In this document: piece after piece, positions 1 through 9,681 of the stretch | How the letters are laid out: every line of letters begins with the position of its first letter | How positions within the stretch are numbered: position 1 is the first letter of the stretch | Assembly (NCBI GenBank): GCA_934636825.1 | Contig: CAKUBG010000005.1 | Span: 47,491 to 111,490 of the forward strand | Origin: an uncultured bacterium | GTDB taxonomy: Bacteria; Vulcanimicrobiota; Xenobia; Xenobiales; Xenobiaceae | Length of the DNA stretch: 64,000 bases | Direction: 5' to 3' | Program-made: the position numbers and the translations under genes | The notes under the pieces: model-generated | Told to the model about the DNA's origin: nothing | The model's input: the letters and a program-made list of their open reading frames with translations, nothing else | Database searches by the model: none

Positions 1-933
<933 letters not shown>

Positions 934-946
934 TTCTACTAGATTA

Positions 947-980
947 ACCCGGCCCGGAGCTTTTTCCGGGCTTTTCTTTT
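947..980 (+). terminator. rho-independent terminator after gap
   Basis: GC stem CCCGG...CCGGG with loop agcttttt, followed by CTTTTCTTTT. Confidence 0.6.
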
Positions 981-1101
981 GTTCTAAGCTTATTTAGGAG
1001 CGTCAACTGAGGCATAGTCCAGTTTGGCACTCTTCGTCCGCAGCCCCGGGATATTTTGCACAGGGGCCCCAACAGATCTCATATAAAGAGGACGTTCGCA
1101 A

Positions 1102-2280
1102 ATGAGTAAATTTAATACTATTCGTGACATCGATGTTAAAGGTAAAAAAGTTTTAGTGCGCGTCGATTTTAACGTGCCCTTAGACGGTGAAAAAGTTACC
1201 GACGACACTCGTATTCGCGCTGCTTTGCCCACCATTAAGGCTCTTTTGGAAAACGGTGCTGCTGTTATCTTAGCTTCTCACTTAGGTCGTCCCAAGGGGA
1301 AGAAAGATCCTAAGTTCTCTTTGAAGCCCGCTGCCGTTCGTTTATCCGAGCTTTTAGGCCAGGATGTTATTATGGCTCCCGATTGCATTGGCGAAGAAGT
1401 AAGCAAGATGGCCAAAGATCTTAAGCCCGGCCAAGTCATGTTGCTCGAAAACGTTCGCTTCTATGCTCAGGAAACCGACAATGACGAAGCTTTTGCCAAA
1501 GAGTTGGCTTCTTTAGCTGATGTTTACGTAAATGACGCTTTCGGCTCCGCCCACCGTGCTCACGCTTCCACTACCGGTGTGGCTCACTTCCTTCCTTCTG
1601 CTGCCGGTTTACTCATGGAAAAAGAGCTCAACGAGTTGGGCAAACTTTTGACTTCTGCTGAGTCTCCTTTCGTCGTTATTTTGGGCGGCGCTAAAGTCTC
1701 CGATAAGATCGGTGTTATGGAAAACTTAATTGGCAAGGCCGACGCTATTTTAGTCGGTGGTGGTATGGCTTATCCTTTCCTCAAAGTGCGCGGTATGGAA
1801 ATTGGTCGTTCTCTTTGCGATGGCGATTTGTCCGTTCCTAAGTCCATTTTGGACAAGGCCGAAGGCACCAAGACTAAGATCGTTCTTCCCGTCGATGTAG
1901 TAGTGGTAGACGAAATTGCTGAAAATGCTCCTCACGCCAACGTTGACGTGACCGCTATTCCCGCTGAAAAGATGGGCGTAGATATCGGCGCCAAGACTGT
2001 AGAGAACTTCAAAGAGATCATCAGCAAAGCCAAGACTATCTTCTGGAATGGCCCTGTTGGTGTATTCGAGAAGAAACCTTTCGACTTCGGTACTCGTCAA
2101 ATTGCCGAAGCTGTAGCTGCTTCCGGTGCTCGCAGTGTAGTTGGCGGCGGAGACTCTGTGGCTGCTCTCACTCAGGCTGGTTTGGCCTCCAAGATTACCC
2201 ACGTCTCCACTGGCGGCGGGGCTTCCTTGGAATTTGTTGAGGGACGTCAACTTCCCGGTGTAGTGGCTCTTTACAAGTAA
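1102..2280 (+). CDS. pgk: phosphoglycerate kinase
   Basis: 392 aa with hallmark PGK motifs (RVDFNVP, ILASHLGRP, GGGASLE...). It follows gap as in the common gap-pgk-tpi cluster. Confidence 0.97.
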   Translation: MSKFNTIRDIDVKGKKVLVRVDFNVPLDGEKVTDDTRIRAALPTIKALLENGAAVILASHLGRPKGKKDPKFSLKPAAVRLSELLGQDVIMAPDCIGEEVSKMAKDLKPGQVMLLENVRFYAQETDNDEAFAKELASLADVYVNDAFGSAHRAHASTTGVAHFLPSAAGLLMEKELNELGKLLTSAESPFVVILGGAKVSDKIGVMENLIGKADAILVGGGMAYPFLKVRGMEIGRSLCDGDLSVPKSILDKAEGTKTKIVLPVDVVVVDEIAENAPHANVDVTAIPAEKMGVDIGAKTVENFKEIISKAKTIFWNGPVGVFEKKPFDFGTRQIAEAVAASGARSVVGGGDSVAALTQAGLASKITHVSTGGGASLEFVEGRQLPGVVALYK

Positions 2281-2355
2281 AATTGCATCTTTAGTTTTTG
2301 ATAGCTTGACCGTTTGCCTCGGTCTTGCTATCATTTTTTAGATTTTGGAGGTTTT

Positions 2356-3108
2356 ATGCGCGTTCCGCTTTTAGCAGCTAACTGGAAAATGAATATGGCT
2401 CGTAAAGATGCCAACGATTTAGTTAATGAGCTTATGGCTCAGGTAAGTGATGTCAAGGATCGCGATATCGCTATTTGTCCTCCTTTTCACCTTTTAGCCG
2501 ATATTGAAAAATTAGTTGAAGGACGCGAAAACGTCTATTTAGGAGCTCAAGATCTTTATTGGAAAGATTCCGGCGCTTTTACCGGAGAAGTCTCTGCTCC
2601 TATGCTTTTAGATGTTGGCTGTCGTATGGTCATTATCGGTCACTCAGAGCGCAGAGCTATGTTTGGCGAAACTGACGAGACTTGTGCTGCTAAAGTCGCT
2701 GCCGCAGTTTCTCACAACCTTATTCCTATTCTTTGTGTAGGTGAAAGCTTAGCTCAGCGTGAAGAAGACAAGACTGCCGAAGTTGTCACCGGTCAATTGC
2801 GCGGTGCTCTTAAAGGTCTGGAAATAAAAGACGGCAGCCAGTTGGTTATTGCTTACGAGCCTATTTGGGCTATTGGCACTGGCAAAACCGATACTCCTGA
2901 AGGCGCTAATGAGATCATGATCTTGTTGCGCAAAACTTTGGCCGAAATTTTCGGACAGGAAATCGCTGATAAAGTTCGCTTACTTTACGGCGGCAGCGTA
3001 AAACCTAACAATGTGGCTGGTTTTATGGCTTGCAGCGATATCGATGGAGCTTTAGTTGGTGGAGCTAGCTTGAAAGCTGACAGCTTTGCCCAGATCGTTC
3101 GCTATTAG
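2356..3108 (+). CDS. tpiA: triosephosphate isomerase
   Basis: The protein starts MRVPLLAANWKMN and has AYEPIWAIGTG and GGSVKPNN motifs. GGAGG RBS lies 8 nt upstream of the ATG at 2356, whereas the ORF-track start at 2314 has no SD. Confidence 0.93.
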   Translation: MRVPLLAANWKMNMARKDANDLVNELMAQVSDVKDRDIAICPPFHLLADIEKLVEGRENVYLGAQDLYWKDSGAFTGEVSAPMLLDVGCRMVIIGHSERRAMFGETDETCAAKVAAAVSHNLIPILCVGESLAQREEDKTAEVVTGQLRGALKGLEIKDGSQLVIAYEPIWAIGTGKTDTPEGANEIMILLRKTLAEIFGQEIADKVRLLYGGSVKPNNVAGFMACSDIDGALVGGASLKADSFAQIVRY

Positions 3109-3254
3109 TTTTTGATTGTGGATTAGGAATTGGAATAATGTATTTAGACGTCTGTTTGAGCATTTGGTCTTTCTTGGGCCAAGCTGTGCCCGGAGGAGCC
3201 GCCGCTGCCACTGCTGCCGCCGCTCCTGATGCTGCCGCTTCTGCTCCCGCTGTG

Positions 3255-3512
3255 ATGAAGTTGAACGCTGTGCAGTATATTTTGATGTTCCTTTACTTAA
3301 TGGTTTGCCTTTGTTTAACTGGTATCGTTATGAGCCAAGAACAAAAACAAGGCGGCTTGCAAGGCATGTTAGGTGGCGGAAGTTCTGCCGTCGATCATAA
3401 ATATCAGGGCAAAAAGAGCTTTGAAGAAAACTTGAAGACTGCCGGTAATTATTTTGCGGTTGCCTTTGTTGTTCTTTCTATTCTTGTCTCTTACGTTTTG
3501 CAGCAGCACTAA
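3255..3512 (+). CDS. secG: preprotein translocase subunit SecG
   Basis: 85 aa with two TM helices separated by a Gly-rich loop (GGLQGMLGGGSS), the typical SecG architecture, located after tpiA as in many genomes. An alternative upstream start at 3138 would add an odd Ala-rich leader, so the start is uncertain. Confidence 0.75.
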   Translation: MKLNAVQYILMFLYLMVCLCLTGIVMSQEQKQGGLQGMLGGGSSAVDHKYQGKKSFEENLKTAGNYFAVAFVVLSILVSYVLQQH

Positions 3513-3586
3513 TAGACGTCTTGTTCTAAATTTTCTCTATATCGGCATTATTAGCTTGATATTTTGAAAAGCTGCATAATTGCTAT

Positions 3587-3625
3587 AGCTCCGGCTTGTT
3601 TTAGAGTCGGAGCTATTTGTCTTTT
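3587..3625 (+). terminator. rho-independent terminator after secG
   Basis: AGCTCCG...CGGAGCT stem followed by atttgtctttt. Confidence 0.55.
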
Positions 3626-3687
3626 AAATTGGAGTTGCTTCAAGAGCAACAATATTTTTATTTGTAAATTTAGAGAAAGAAATTAAA

Positions 3688-3726
3688 AAGAGACAACCCT
3701 TTTTTAAGGATTGTCTCTTCTTTTAG
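3688..3726 (-). terminator. hairpin terminator downstream of the S8 protease gene (bidirectional)
   Basis: GAGACAA...TTGTCTC stem flanked by an A-run and a T-run. Confidence 0.55.
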
Positions 3727-3763
3727 GTAGCAGCTAAAACTGCTCCTTAGAGGCTAAGACTTA

Positions 3764-5065
3764 TTATTTACCAAGCAAGAACTCGATGTTTTCTTGAGGA
3801 TCGATAACGCCTTTACCCTGCTCGAACTTGCTTACGCCTTCGAGAGCATCAGCATTCTTCATCATGATCTCTTTGACCTGATCGGGGCTGATGTTGGGTT
3901 TTACCTGGTGCATGAGCACGTCTACGCCAGCGGCGAAAGGAGTGGCCATGGAGGTACCAGACATGGTGACATAACCTTTACCCTTGTGGGAAGCAGCGGT
4001 GATGTCTACGCCAGGAGCCAAAATGTCGGGCTTCTCGAGCTTGTCGATGCGGCTGGGGCCACGGCTGGAGAAGTAAGCCAAGTCGTCGTCGGAGCGATCT
4101 ACGGTGCCCTTGTCGTCCAAAGCGCCTACGGTGATGGCGTGAGGAGCGTTACCGGGGGAACCGATGGTGCCGGAGCCGGGGCCTTCGTTACCGGCGGCTA
4201 CTACGCAGCTGATACCAGCAGCGTGAGCGGCTTCAACGGCTTGTACCACGGGGTCATCTTTGTAGCTCTGGGAAACGTAGCCGCCCAAAGACATGCTGAT
4301 GACGTCGATGTTTAATTTCTCTTTGTTTTCAACGGCCCATTGTACGCCTTTGATAACGTTGGAGAGAGAACCGGAACCGTTGCGGTCCAAAACTTTTACG
4401 CCGACAATGCTGGCTTCGGGAGCCACGCCGGTGTATTTGCCTTTGGAGGACTTACCGCTACCAGCGCAGATACCGGTGCAGTGAGTGCCGTGACCCTGAT
4501 CGTCGTAGGGTTCGGTGCGGCCGTTGACCATATCTTTGAAGCCAACGATACGACCTTCGAAGTCGGGGTGCTGAGCAATACCGGTGTCGATAACGCATAC
4601 GGTTACGCCCTTACCGGTGATACCCTGATCGTGGAGTTTGTCCACGCCTAAAGTGACGTTGGCAGTGTCCATCAAAGGACGGAAAGTGTTCTCGAGATCG
4701 TCCATCTCGTTGCGAGGAATGCCAATCTGGGCATCCATGAAGATTCTGTTGCCTTCTTCGTTGGCTTTAGCCAAGTTGGGAAGAAGGGTGCCGTCAGCGG
4801 AAGGGTTGACGGTTACAGCAAAGCCGTTTACCAAAGGAAGCTCGGCGGTTACTTGGTTCTCGGGGTTCTGAGCGAGAATAGAAGCGCGCATCTCTTCCAA
4901 TTTAGCTTTGTCGCTGTTGGTGATGATTAAGTTTACAGGGCCGTTGTTGGAGGAAGCAACAAAAGTTTCCTCGGGCTGTTTCTCAACGGGGGCCTGGGTA
5001 GGAGCGGACTTCGCACTGGTGTAAATCTGCGAAGTAGGAGCGCTCATAGTTGGACGAATTTCCAT
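3764..5065 (-). CDS. subtilisin-like serine peptidase (S8 family) with I9-like propeptide and no recognisable signal peptide
   Basis: Asp/His/Ser triad motifs VCVIDTGI, HGTHCTG and GTSMATPFAAG. The N-terminus (MEIRPTMSAPTSQ...) lacks a hydrophobic signal segment. Confidence 0.88.
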   Translation of the reverse strand: MEIRPTMSAPTSQIYTSAKSAPTQAPVEKQPEETFVASSNNGPVNLIITNSDKAKLEEMRASILAQNPENQVTAELPLVNGFAVTVNPSADGTLLPNLAKANEEGNRIFMDAQIGIPRNEMDDLENTFRPLMDTANVTLGVDKLHDQGITGKGVTVCVIDTGIAQHPDFEGRIVGFKDMVNGRTEPYDDQGHGTHCTGICAGSGKSSKGKYTGVAPEASIVGVKVLDRNGSGSLSNVIKGVQWAVENKEKLNIDVISMSLGGYVSQSYKDDPVVQAVEAAHAAGISCVVAAGNEGPGSGTIGSPGNAPHAITVGALDDKGTVDRSDDDLAYFSSRGPSRIDKLEKPDILAPGVDITAASHKGKGYVTMSGTSMATPFAAGVDVLMHQVKPNISPDQVKEIMMKNADALEGVSKFEQGKGVIDPQENIEFLLGK

Positions 5066-5396
5066 TAGTGAAACTCCTTTCAGTAGCGGGAGAACTAATG
5101 AGATTGATTCTCAGTAGTAATCTTTTACAAAACAACTTCTTAATCATATTATCATTAGATGGGGGTCAATTCTTATTTAAAATGTGAACATTATGTCAAC
5201 AAAAGTATGATTGTGCCTACAATTTGTCTTTATCTCCATCTTTTGCTTGATTAAATATGCGGAATGAATGGTTCATTGTATATTTTCTTTGATAATTAAA
5301 CTTGATACGGGAATCAGTCAAGCCCTTTTTTGAATAGACCTATCTGTGACCTTAGGGAAGGAAAGACCGCGCTTTTTGTGCAATGTTGCGCGAACT

Positions 5397-6164
5397 ATGA
5401 ACAGCGTATCGAGTACAGAATCAAATAATAATAATCAACTTCTTTCGGTAACAGAATTTGCTGCTGCTATAGGAAAAACTGAACGCCAGGTTTATCGTTA
5501 TGTAAGTCAGGGGCGCGTAGCTTCTCAAGAAGGCGTGGGCAGAGGCGGAGTGCGTATTCCCGAAAGTGAAGTCGCCAAATTTTTAGATGGAAATAATAAT
5601 AGCGCTTCCGGAGCTTGGACACGTGTGCGCGGAGCCAGACGCAGTCGGGAAGACTACTTTGAAGACAATTTGGAAAGTATGTCTTTAGGCCGAGATGAAC
5701 TGGCCAAAGAGAGTGAAAACGAGGCTAAAAATACTTCGGAAGATAAGCCTTCAGCAGCTTCTTTTGAATATATAGAAGCTTCAGAAGAGCCTGAAGAGGA
5801 AGCTCTTAAGGAAGAGGCTCAAGATGTCGAGCCGTCTCCTGAGCCCCATTTCCCTACCAGTGTGCCTTTAGAGCGCCATGAAGCGGCCGTTATGCGTTTA
5901 GGCTATATGCAAAGTCAGCTTGAGCAAGTACAGCGTCTTTTAACTGATGGGACTCAAAAAGACAAAGAAAAAGACGAAAAGCTTCAAGCTATGGTTAAGG
6001 ATCTGGACGAAGCTCAGCGTGAAATTTTGCGTTTAGGAGCCAAAATCGAAGTGGCTAACGAAAGTAAAAAAGAAGCTGAAATGAGAGCTAATCAACTGGC
6101 TGTAAGGTTAGAAGATGCCGAGCGTAGAGCTAACTTGCCCTGGTGGAAGCGTGTATTTATTTAG
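5397..6164 (+). CDS. hypothetical protein with N-terminal excisionase/MerR-type HTH, an acidic linker and a C-terminal coiled coil
   Basis: The HTH-like segment LLSVTEFAAAIGKTERQVYRYV is followed by an E/D-rich region and heptad-like KEKDEKLQAMVKDLDEAQREILRL. Start is ambiguous between GTG at 5346 and ATG at 5397, and neither has a clear SD. Confidence 0.5.
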   Translation: MNSVSSTESNNNNQLLSVTEFAAAIGKTERQVYRYVSQGRVASQEGVGRGGVRIPESEVAKFLDGNNNSASGAWTRVRGARRSREDYFEDNLESMSLGRDELAKESENEAKNTSEDKPSAASFEYIEASEEPEEEALKEEAQDVEPSPEPHFPTSVPLERHEAAVMRLGYMQSQLEQVQRLLTDGTQKDKEKDEKLQAMVKDLDEAQREILRLGAKIEVANESKKEAEMRANQLAVRLEDAERRANLPWWKRVFI

Positions 6165-6274
6165 TAATAAATTGCAAAAAAATAAAGGTTATCTGTGCAA
6201 GGGCTTAAATAACCAACCTAGGGGGAGAGATGAAGCTATTAGCTTCTATATCTTAGGGAGGTGTCGTAAATAAT

Positions 6275-6652
6275 ATGAGCAGAGAGTTCTATATTTGCCG
6301 CGAGTGCGGAGCTATTGTAGGAACTATGGAGCCTATCAAGGCTGAACTGGTTTGCAATGGCCACCCTATGGAGCGCCTTGAAGCCGGTTCTGTAGATGCT
6401 TCTAAAGAAAAACATGTTCCGGCCGTTACTGTCGAGGGCAATAGAGTGGAAGTTCAAGTTGGCAGCGTGTTGCACCCTTCTATTCCTGCCCATTACATTC
6501 CCTGGGTCTACTTGGAAACAGAAAAAGGTGGGCAGCGCAAGTCTATTAAGCCAGGCGAAGAGCCCAAAGTCGTTTTTGAATTGGTAGATGATAAGCCTGT
6601 GCGTGTTTATGCCTATTGCAACTTACACGGTTTGTGGGTAACTGATATCTAG
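6275..6652 (+). CDS. dfx: desulfoferrodoxin-type superoxide reductase (2Fe-SOR-like with incomplete N-terminal centre I)
   Basis: 125 aa. The centre II ligand pattern H(EKHVP)...H...H...C..H (YCNLHG) is intact. The N-terminal desulforedoxin-like domain keeps only 3 of 4 Cys (CRECG...VCNG). GGGAGGTG RBS upstream. Confidence 0.82.
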   Translation: MSREFYICRECGAIVGTMEPIKAELVCNGHPMERLEAGSVDASKEKHVPAVTVEGNRVEVQVGSVLHPSIPAHYIPWVYLETEKGGQRKSIKPGEEPKVVFELVDDKPVRVYAYCNLHGLWVTDI

Positions 6653-6716
6653 TTTATTGCGAACTGTCTTTGAACAGCTTTTGAAATTATTAAAGCTGTT
6701 TTTGCTTATCAATGAA

Positions 6717-6752
6717 AAAGACCATCCTTTTTTGTGGGTGGTCTTTTTTTTA
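6717..6752 (+). terminator. bidirectional rho-independent terminator between dfx and the convergent gene
   Basis: AAAGACCA...TGGTCTTT stem followed by a T8 run. Confidence 0.65.
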
Positions 6753-6776
6753 TTGATAATTTTTTTTCTACACTGA

Positions 6777-7472
6777 CTAGAGCATAGCCACTTTACTTGA
6801 AAGCTTGGCGGAAGCTCTCTCTTTATACTGGGGTAGGTATTCTTTCAAAACTTCGCTGTTAGGATACTTGGCAGCCAGTTTGTCATAAATTTGGATAGCT
6901 TGCGCGGCTTTATTTTGAGCGTCGCAAAGGCTGTACTCAATATGGGCCAAAGCTGTAGTTACTACAAAAGAGTTGGGGTATTTGGCAATAAACTCTTGCA
7001 TAGTTTGGGGGACGCGCTTGACGTCGAGAGCTTTTTCGCTCATGTAGCCGTCCAAGTCTTTGGGGTTGCGCTTTTCGTAGGCAGTCTTAAGATCAATTTC
7101 CAAGAGCACCAAATGCTGCCAGGCTTGACGATCTGAAGGATCTACTTTTGCTACTACTGCGCTGTTGCCGAAGGTCTTCTCATTCTCTATGTAAAGAGGC
7201 TGTTCCAAAACTTCGCTCTTATAGCGGGCGAAAGTCATAGCTTTTACCAAGTCGTGAGTGGCCAAATCTTCTTGAATATATTTGTCACTTTCGTCCTTAT
7301 CTACGATGACGAGGTGGCCTTGCTTTACCTTTTGAGTTAAGTCTTTAGAGAAGAGGGCTGTTACATCCCTTTTGCCAACAAACGAACTGGTGTTCGTATC
7401 GGAACCGAAGAACATGTTGACAATCCATAGCAACACTGCAAAAACTATTATGATTTTAACAAATTTTACCAT
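6777..7472 (-). CDS. membrane-anchored periplasmic TPR-like protein (YfgM-like architecture), hypothetical
   Basis: The N-terminal TM anchor (IIIVFAVLLWIVNMFF) is followed by a helical, TPR-like soluble domain. Confidence 0.45.
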   Translation of the reverse strand: MVKFVKIIIVFAVLLWIVNMFFGSDTNTSSFVGKRDVTALFSKDLTQKVKQGHLVIVDKDESDKYIQEDLATHDLVKAMTFARYKSEVLEQPLYIENEKTFGNSAVVAKVDPSDRQAWQHLVLLEIDLKTAYEKRNPKDLDGYMSEKALDVKRVPQTMQEFIAKYPNSFVVTTALAHIEYSLCDAQNKAAQAIQIYDKLAAKYPNSEVLKEYLPQYKERASAKLSSKVAML

Positions 7473-7783
7473 AGCTCTCTCTCTTAGGCAGCATCACGCC
7501 GCATCTTGCATCTACCTGAATCGCGTTTTCGAGGGGAACCATCAAGCTAAAAACTGCTATTTCAGCTTGGGGCAAAAACGCTACAACGTGATATTATACT
7601 AATTTACATATTATCCCACTAAAAATTTAATAATCTAGGGTTAATACTAAGTTTTGCAAAGGGCCAATTCTCCCTTTTTGCTTAATTAAATCTTAAAATC
7701 GGCATAAAGCAAGAGCGCTCACCTTTTTTGGGGGAAGGACGAGCGCTCTCAAATATCAGAAAAGATCCGAAGCTTTAGACAGA

Positions 7784-9379
7784 TTAATTGCCAGCTTCCA
7801 AATTAACATCTTTGCTGTAAGAGTAGATGTGACTCTTTTCAGTAAAGTCGCTATCCCAGTTCCAGTGAGTAGTAAACAAGAACTGGACAGGATAAGAAGT
7901 TTCGGAAGCTTGACCTGTAAGAGCTATCAAGCCAAAAGGATCGACAATCTTCTCTAAGAGATCAACATCAGACTTGTTGACGATCTTTTTGCTCTTAGCA
8001 TCGTAACGGCAGAAGCTAAGGGTGCCTTGCAAGTCATCAACGTTGTATTTGGTGCTAGTTCCGGTAGTCAAATAGGCAATATCTAAATAACGTTTGTCGT
8101 TCTGATCCAAAGGATTGGTAAAGGTAACGTTAACTGGGTATTGCAACTGATCGAGGATAAGGGTGTATTTGCCGTCGTTGTTTTGCAAGTTTTGCAAACT
8201 GTCGATATATTTACTGTCAAATTTGTAAATCCAGAGAGCGCCCTTGTTGTCGGCGGAGCTGGCTTTACCGTATTTGTCTAAAGCGAAACCGCTGGCAATG
8301 GTAAGGTATTGGTTGCTCTCTCCATCATTGTCAGTTACACCGGAAGTCCAGGCAAAATCATAAGGATTTTGCAAGTCAATATTTTTATCTTCAGGTTGAA
8401 TATAGTTTACGTATTTTTTAGCAGTGGCAGCCAACGGGTATTTGCTATCGCCTCTAAAAGCTGTCAAGCTGTTATTATTGGCGAAGAAGTAGATTTTGTT
8501 GTCTCCCTGACAAGTTACGGTTACCCAGGGGCCTTCATTGGCTTTTATTACAGCTGGGTAATTTAAGGTTAATCCGGCAAATACGTTACCGCAATTGGCA
8601 AGGTTACCGCTCAGATCTGCCAGTTTACCGTTATCGAAGATCTTTTCGTCAAAAGCGACAAATTTAACTGATCCTGTCTCTGCATAATCTGTATAGAACA
8701 GAGTGTTGATGGCATCGTCTCCACGATTGAAACTGCTGCTGCCAAATGAACAGGTCAGAGGACAAGTCGCTGTTAAATTGGTTCCACAATCAAATACGTT
8801 GACGGCTCTAGCTTCTTTCCAACCTTCTTTGCGAGCGCCCAGATCCATCAAATAGACGGCTTTGGTAGTGCCTAAATCGGTGACAGCTAAATAGAGATGA
8901 TCGTCAGTCTTATCATCTGCAGTGCCCATATTATCAATAATACCGGTAATATAGTAGGGGTTAGCCAAGTCACCTTTGGTATAACCGTTGCCGTTGCGAA
9001 TTTTGATAGTTACTTCTTGGGGATCGGCCTCTTTGTCGGTAGTGCTATACTTCAAAAGCCTATATTTGCACTGCTGATCGCTCATGCCGGCGCCACCGAC
9101 GGTGAAACCTTGGACAGTGTAAACGTTGTTGCTATCGTCTACATACTGATAAACAGGGTTACGAAGATCGCCTGTATTGACGACGTCGTAGGCTTTATCG
9201 TCAGGATCGTCCGGAGTAGGAGGAACCGGAGTAGAGGTTCCTGTGGGAGTGGAGCGAGTACCGGTAGGGAAGGGATCCAGCACGCCCATACCGCTGCCTG
9301 TGCCTCCGCAACCGATTACTGAGAGAGATACCGCTGATAGAACTGAAAAGATGGCAATGCCTAATCCGTGCCTCACCAT
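7784..9379 (-). CDS. hypothetical lipoprotein with a P/T-rich linker (531 aa)
   Basis: Signal peptide with lipobox (SLSVIGCGG), then a PTGTSTPVPPTPDDPDD linker and a large domain with no recognised catalytic motif. Confidence 0.5.
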   Translation of the reverse strand: MVRHGLGIAIFSVLSAVSLSVIGCGGTGSGMGVLDPFPTGTRSTPTGTSTPVPPTPDDPDDKAYDVVNTGDLRNPVYQYVDDSNNVYTVQGFTVGGAGMSDQQCKYRLLKYSTTDKEADPQEVTIKIRNGNGYTKGDLANPYYITGIIDNMGTADDKTDDHLYLAVTDLGTTKAVYLMDLGARKEGWKEARAVNVFDCGTNLTATCPLTCSFGSSSFNRGDDAINTLFYTDYAETGSVKFVAFDEKIFDNGKLADLSGNLANCGNVFAGLTLNYPAVIKANEGPWVTVTCQGDNKIYFFANNNSLTAFRGDSKYPLAATAKKYVNYIQPEDKNIDLQNPYDFAWTSGVTDNDGESNQYLTIASGFALDKYGKASSADNKGALWIYKFDSKYIDSLQNLQNNDGKYTLILDQLQYPVNVTFTNPLDQNDKRYLDIAYLTTGTSTKYNVDDLQGTLSFCRYDAKSKKIVNKSDVDLLEKIVDPFGLIALTGQASETSYPVQFLFTTHWNWDSDFTEKSHIYSYSKDVNLEAGN

Positions 9380-9611
9380 TTACCTCCTGGCAATATATAA
9401 TGCTAAAATTTTTGTATTTTAAGCCTTCTGGCAAGCTAAATTGCCAGGGAACATTCGTGCTAAAAAGGGCGGATCTTACCGCGTGTCAAGTGAAAAAGAA
9501 AAATAAATATAAGTCACGATAAAAGCTGCCCAAAACAAAACGAGCCCGGCCTGAGCTCAGATACCCAAGCGGCCGGGCTGTATTTGCTTGAAAAGCAAAA
9601 AATAGCTTCAC

Positions 9612-9660
9612 TTTAACAAATAAAGTTTCCCCAACCTTTAGGGAAAAAGGGGAAACTTTA
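9612..9660 (-). terminator. rho-independent terminator downstream of the EF-G paralog
   Basis: AAAGTTTCCCC...GGGGAAACTTT stem, followed on the minus strand by TTTATTTGTT. Confidence 0.65.
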
Positions 9661-9681
9661 TCTGCTTGATTTATCGCAAAA

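Noticed and set aside
3138-3254. A 39-codon upstream extension of secG (MYLDVCLSIWSF...Ala-rich).
   Set aside because: SecG proteins begin right at TM1. The poly-Ala/Pro segment is not SecG-like. It is kept only as an alternative start.
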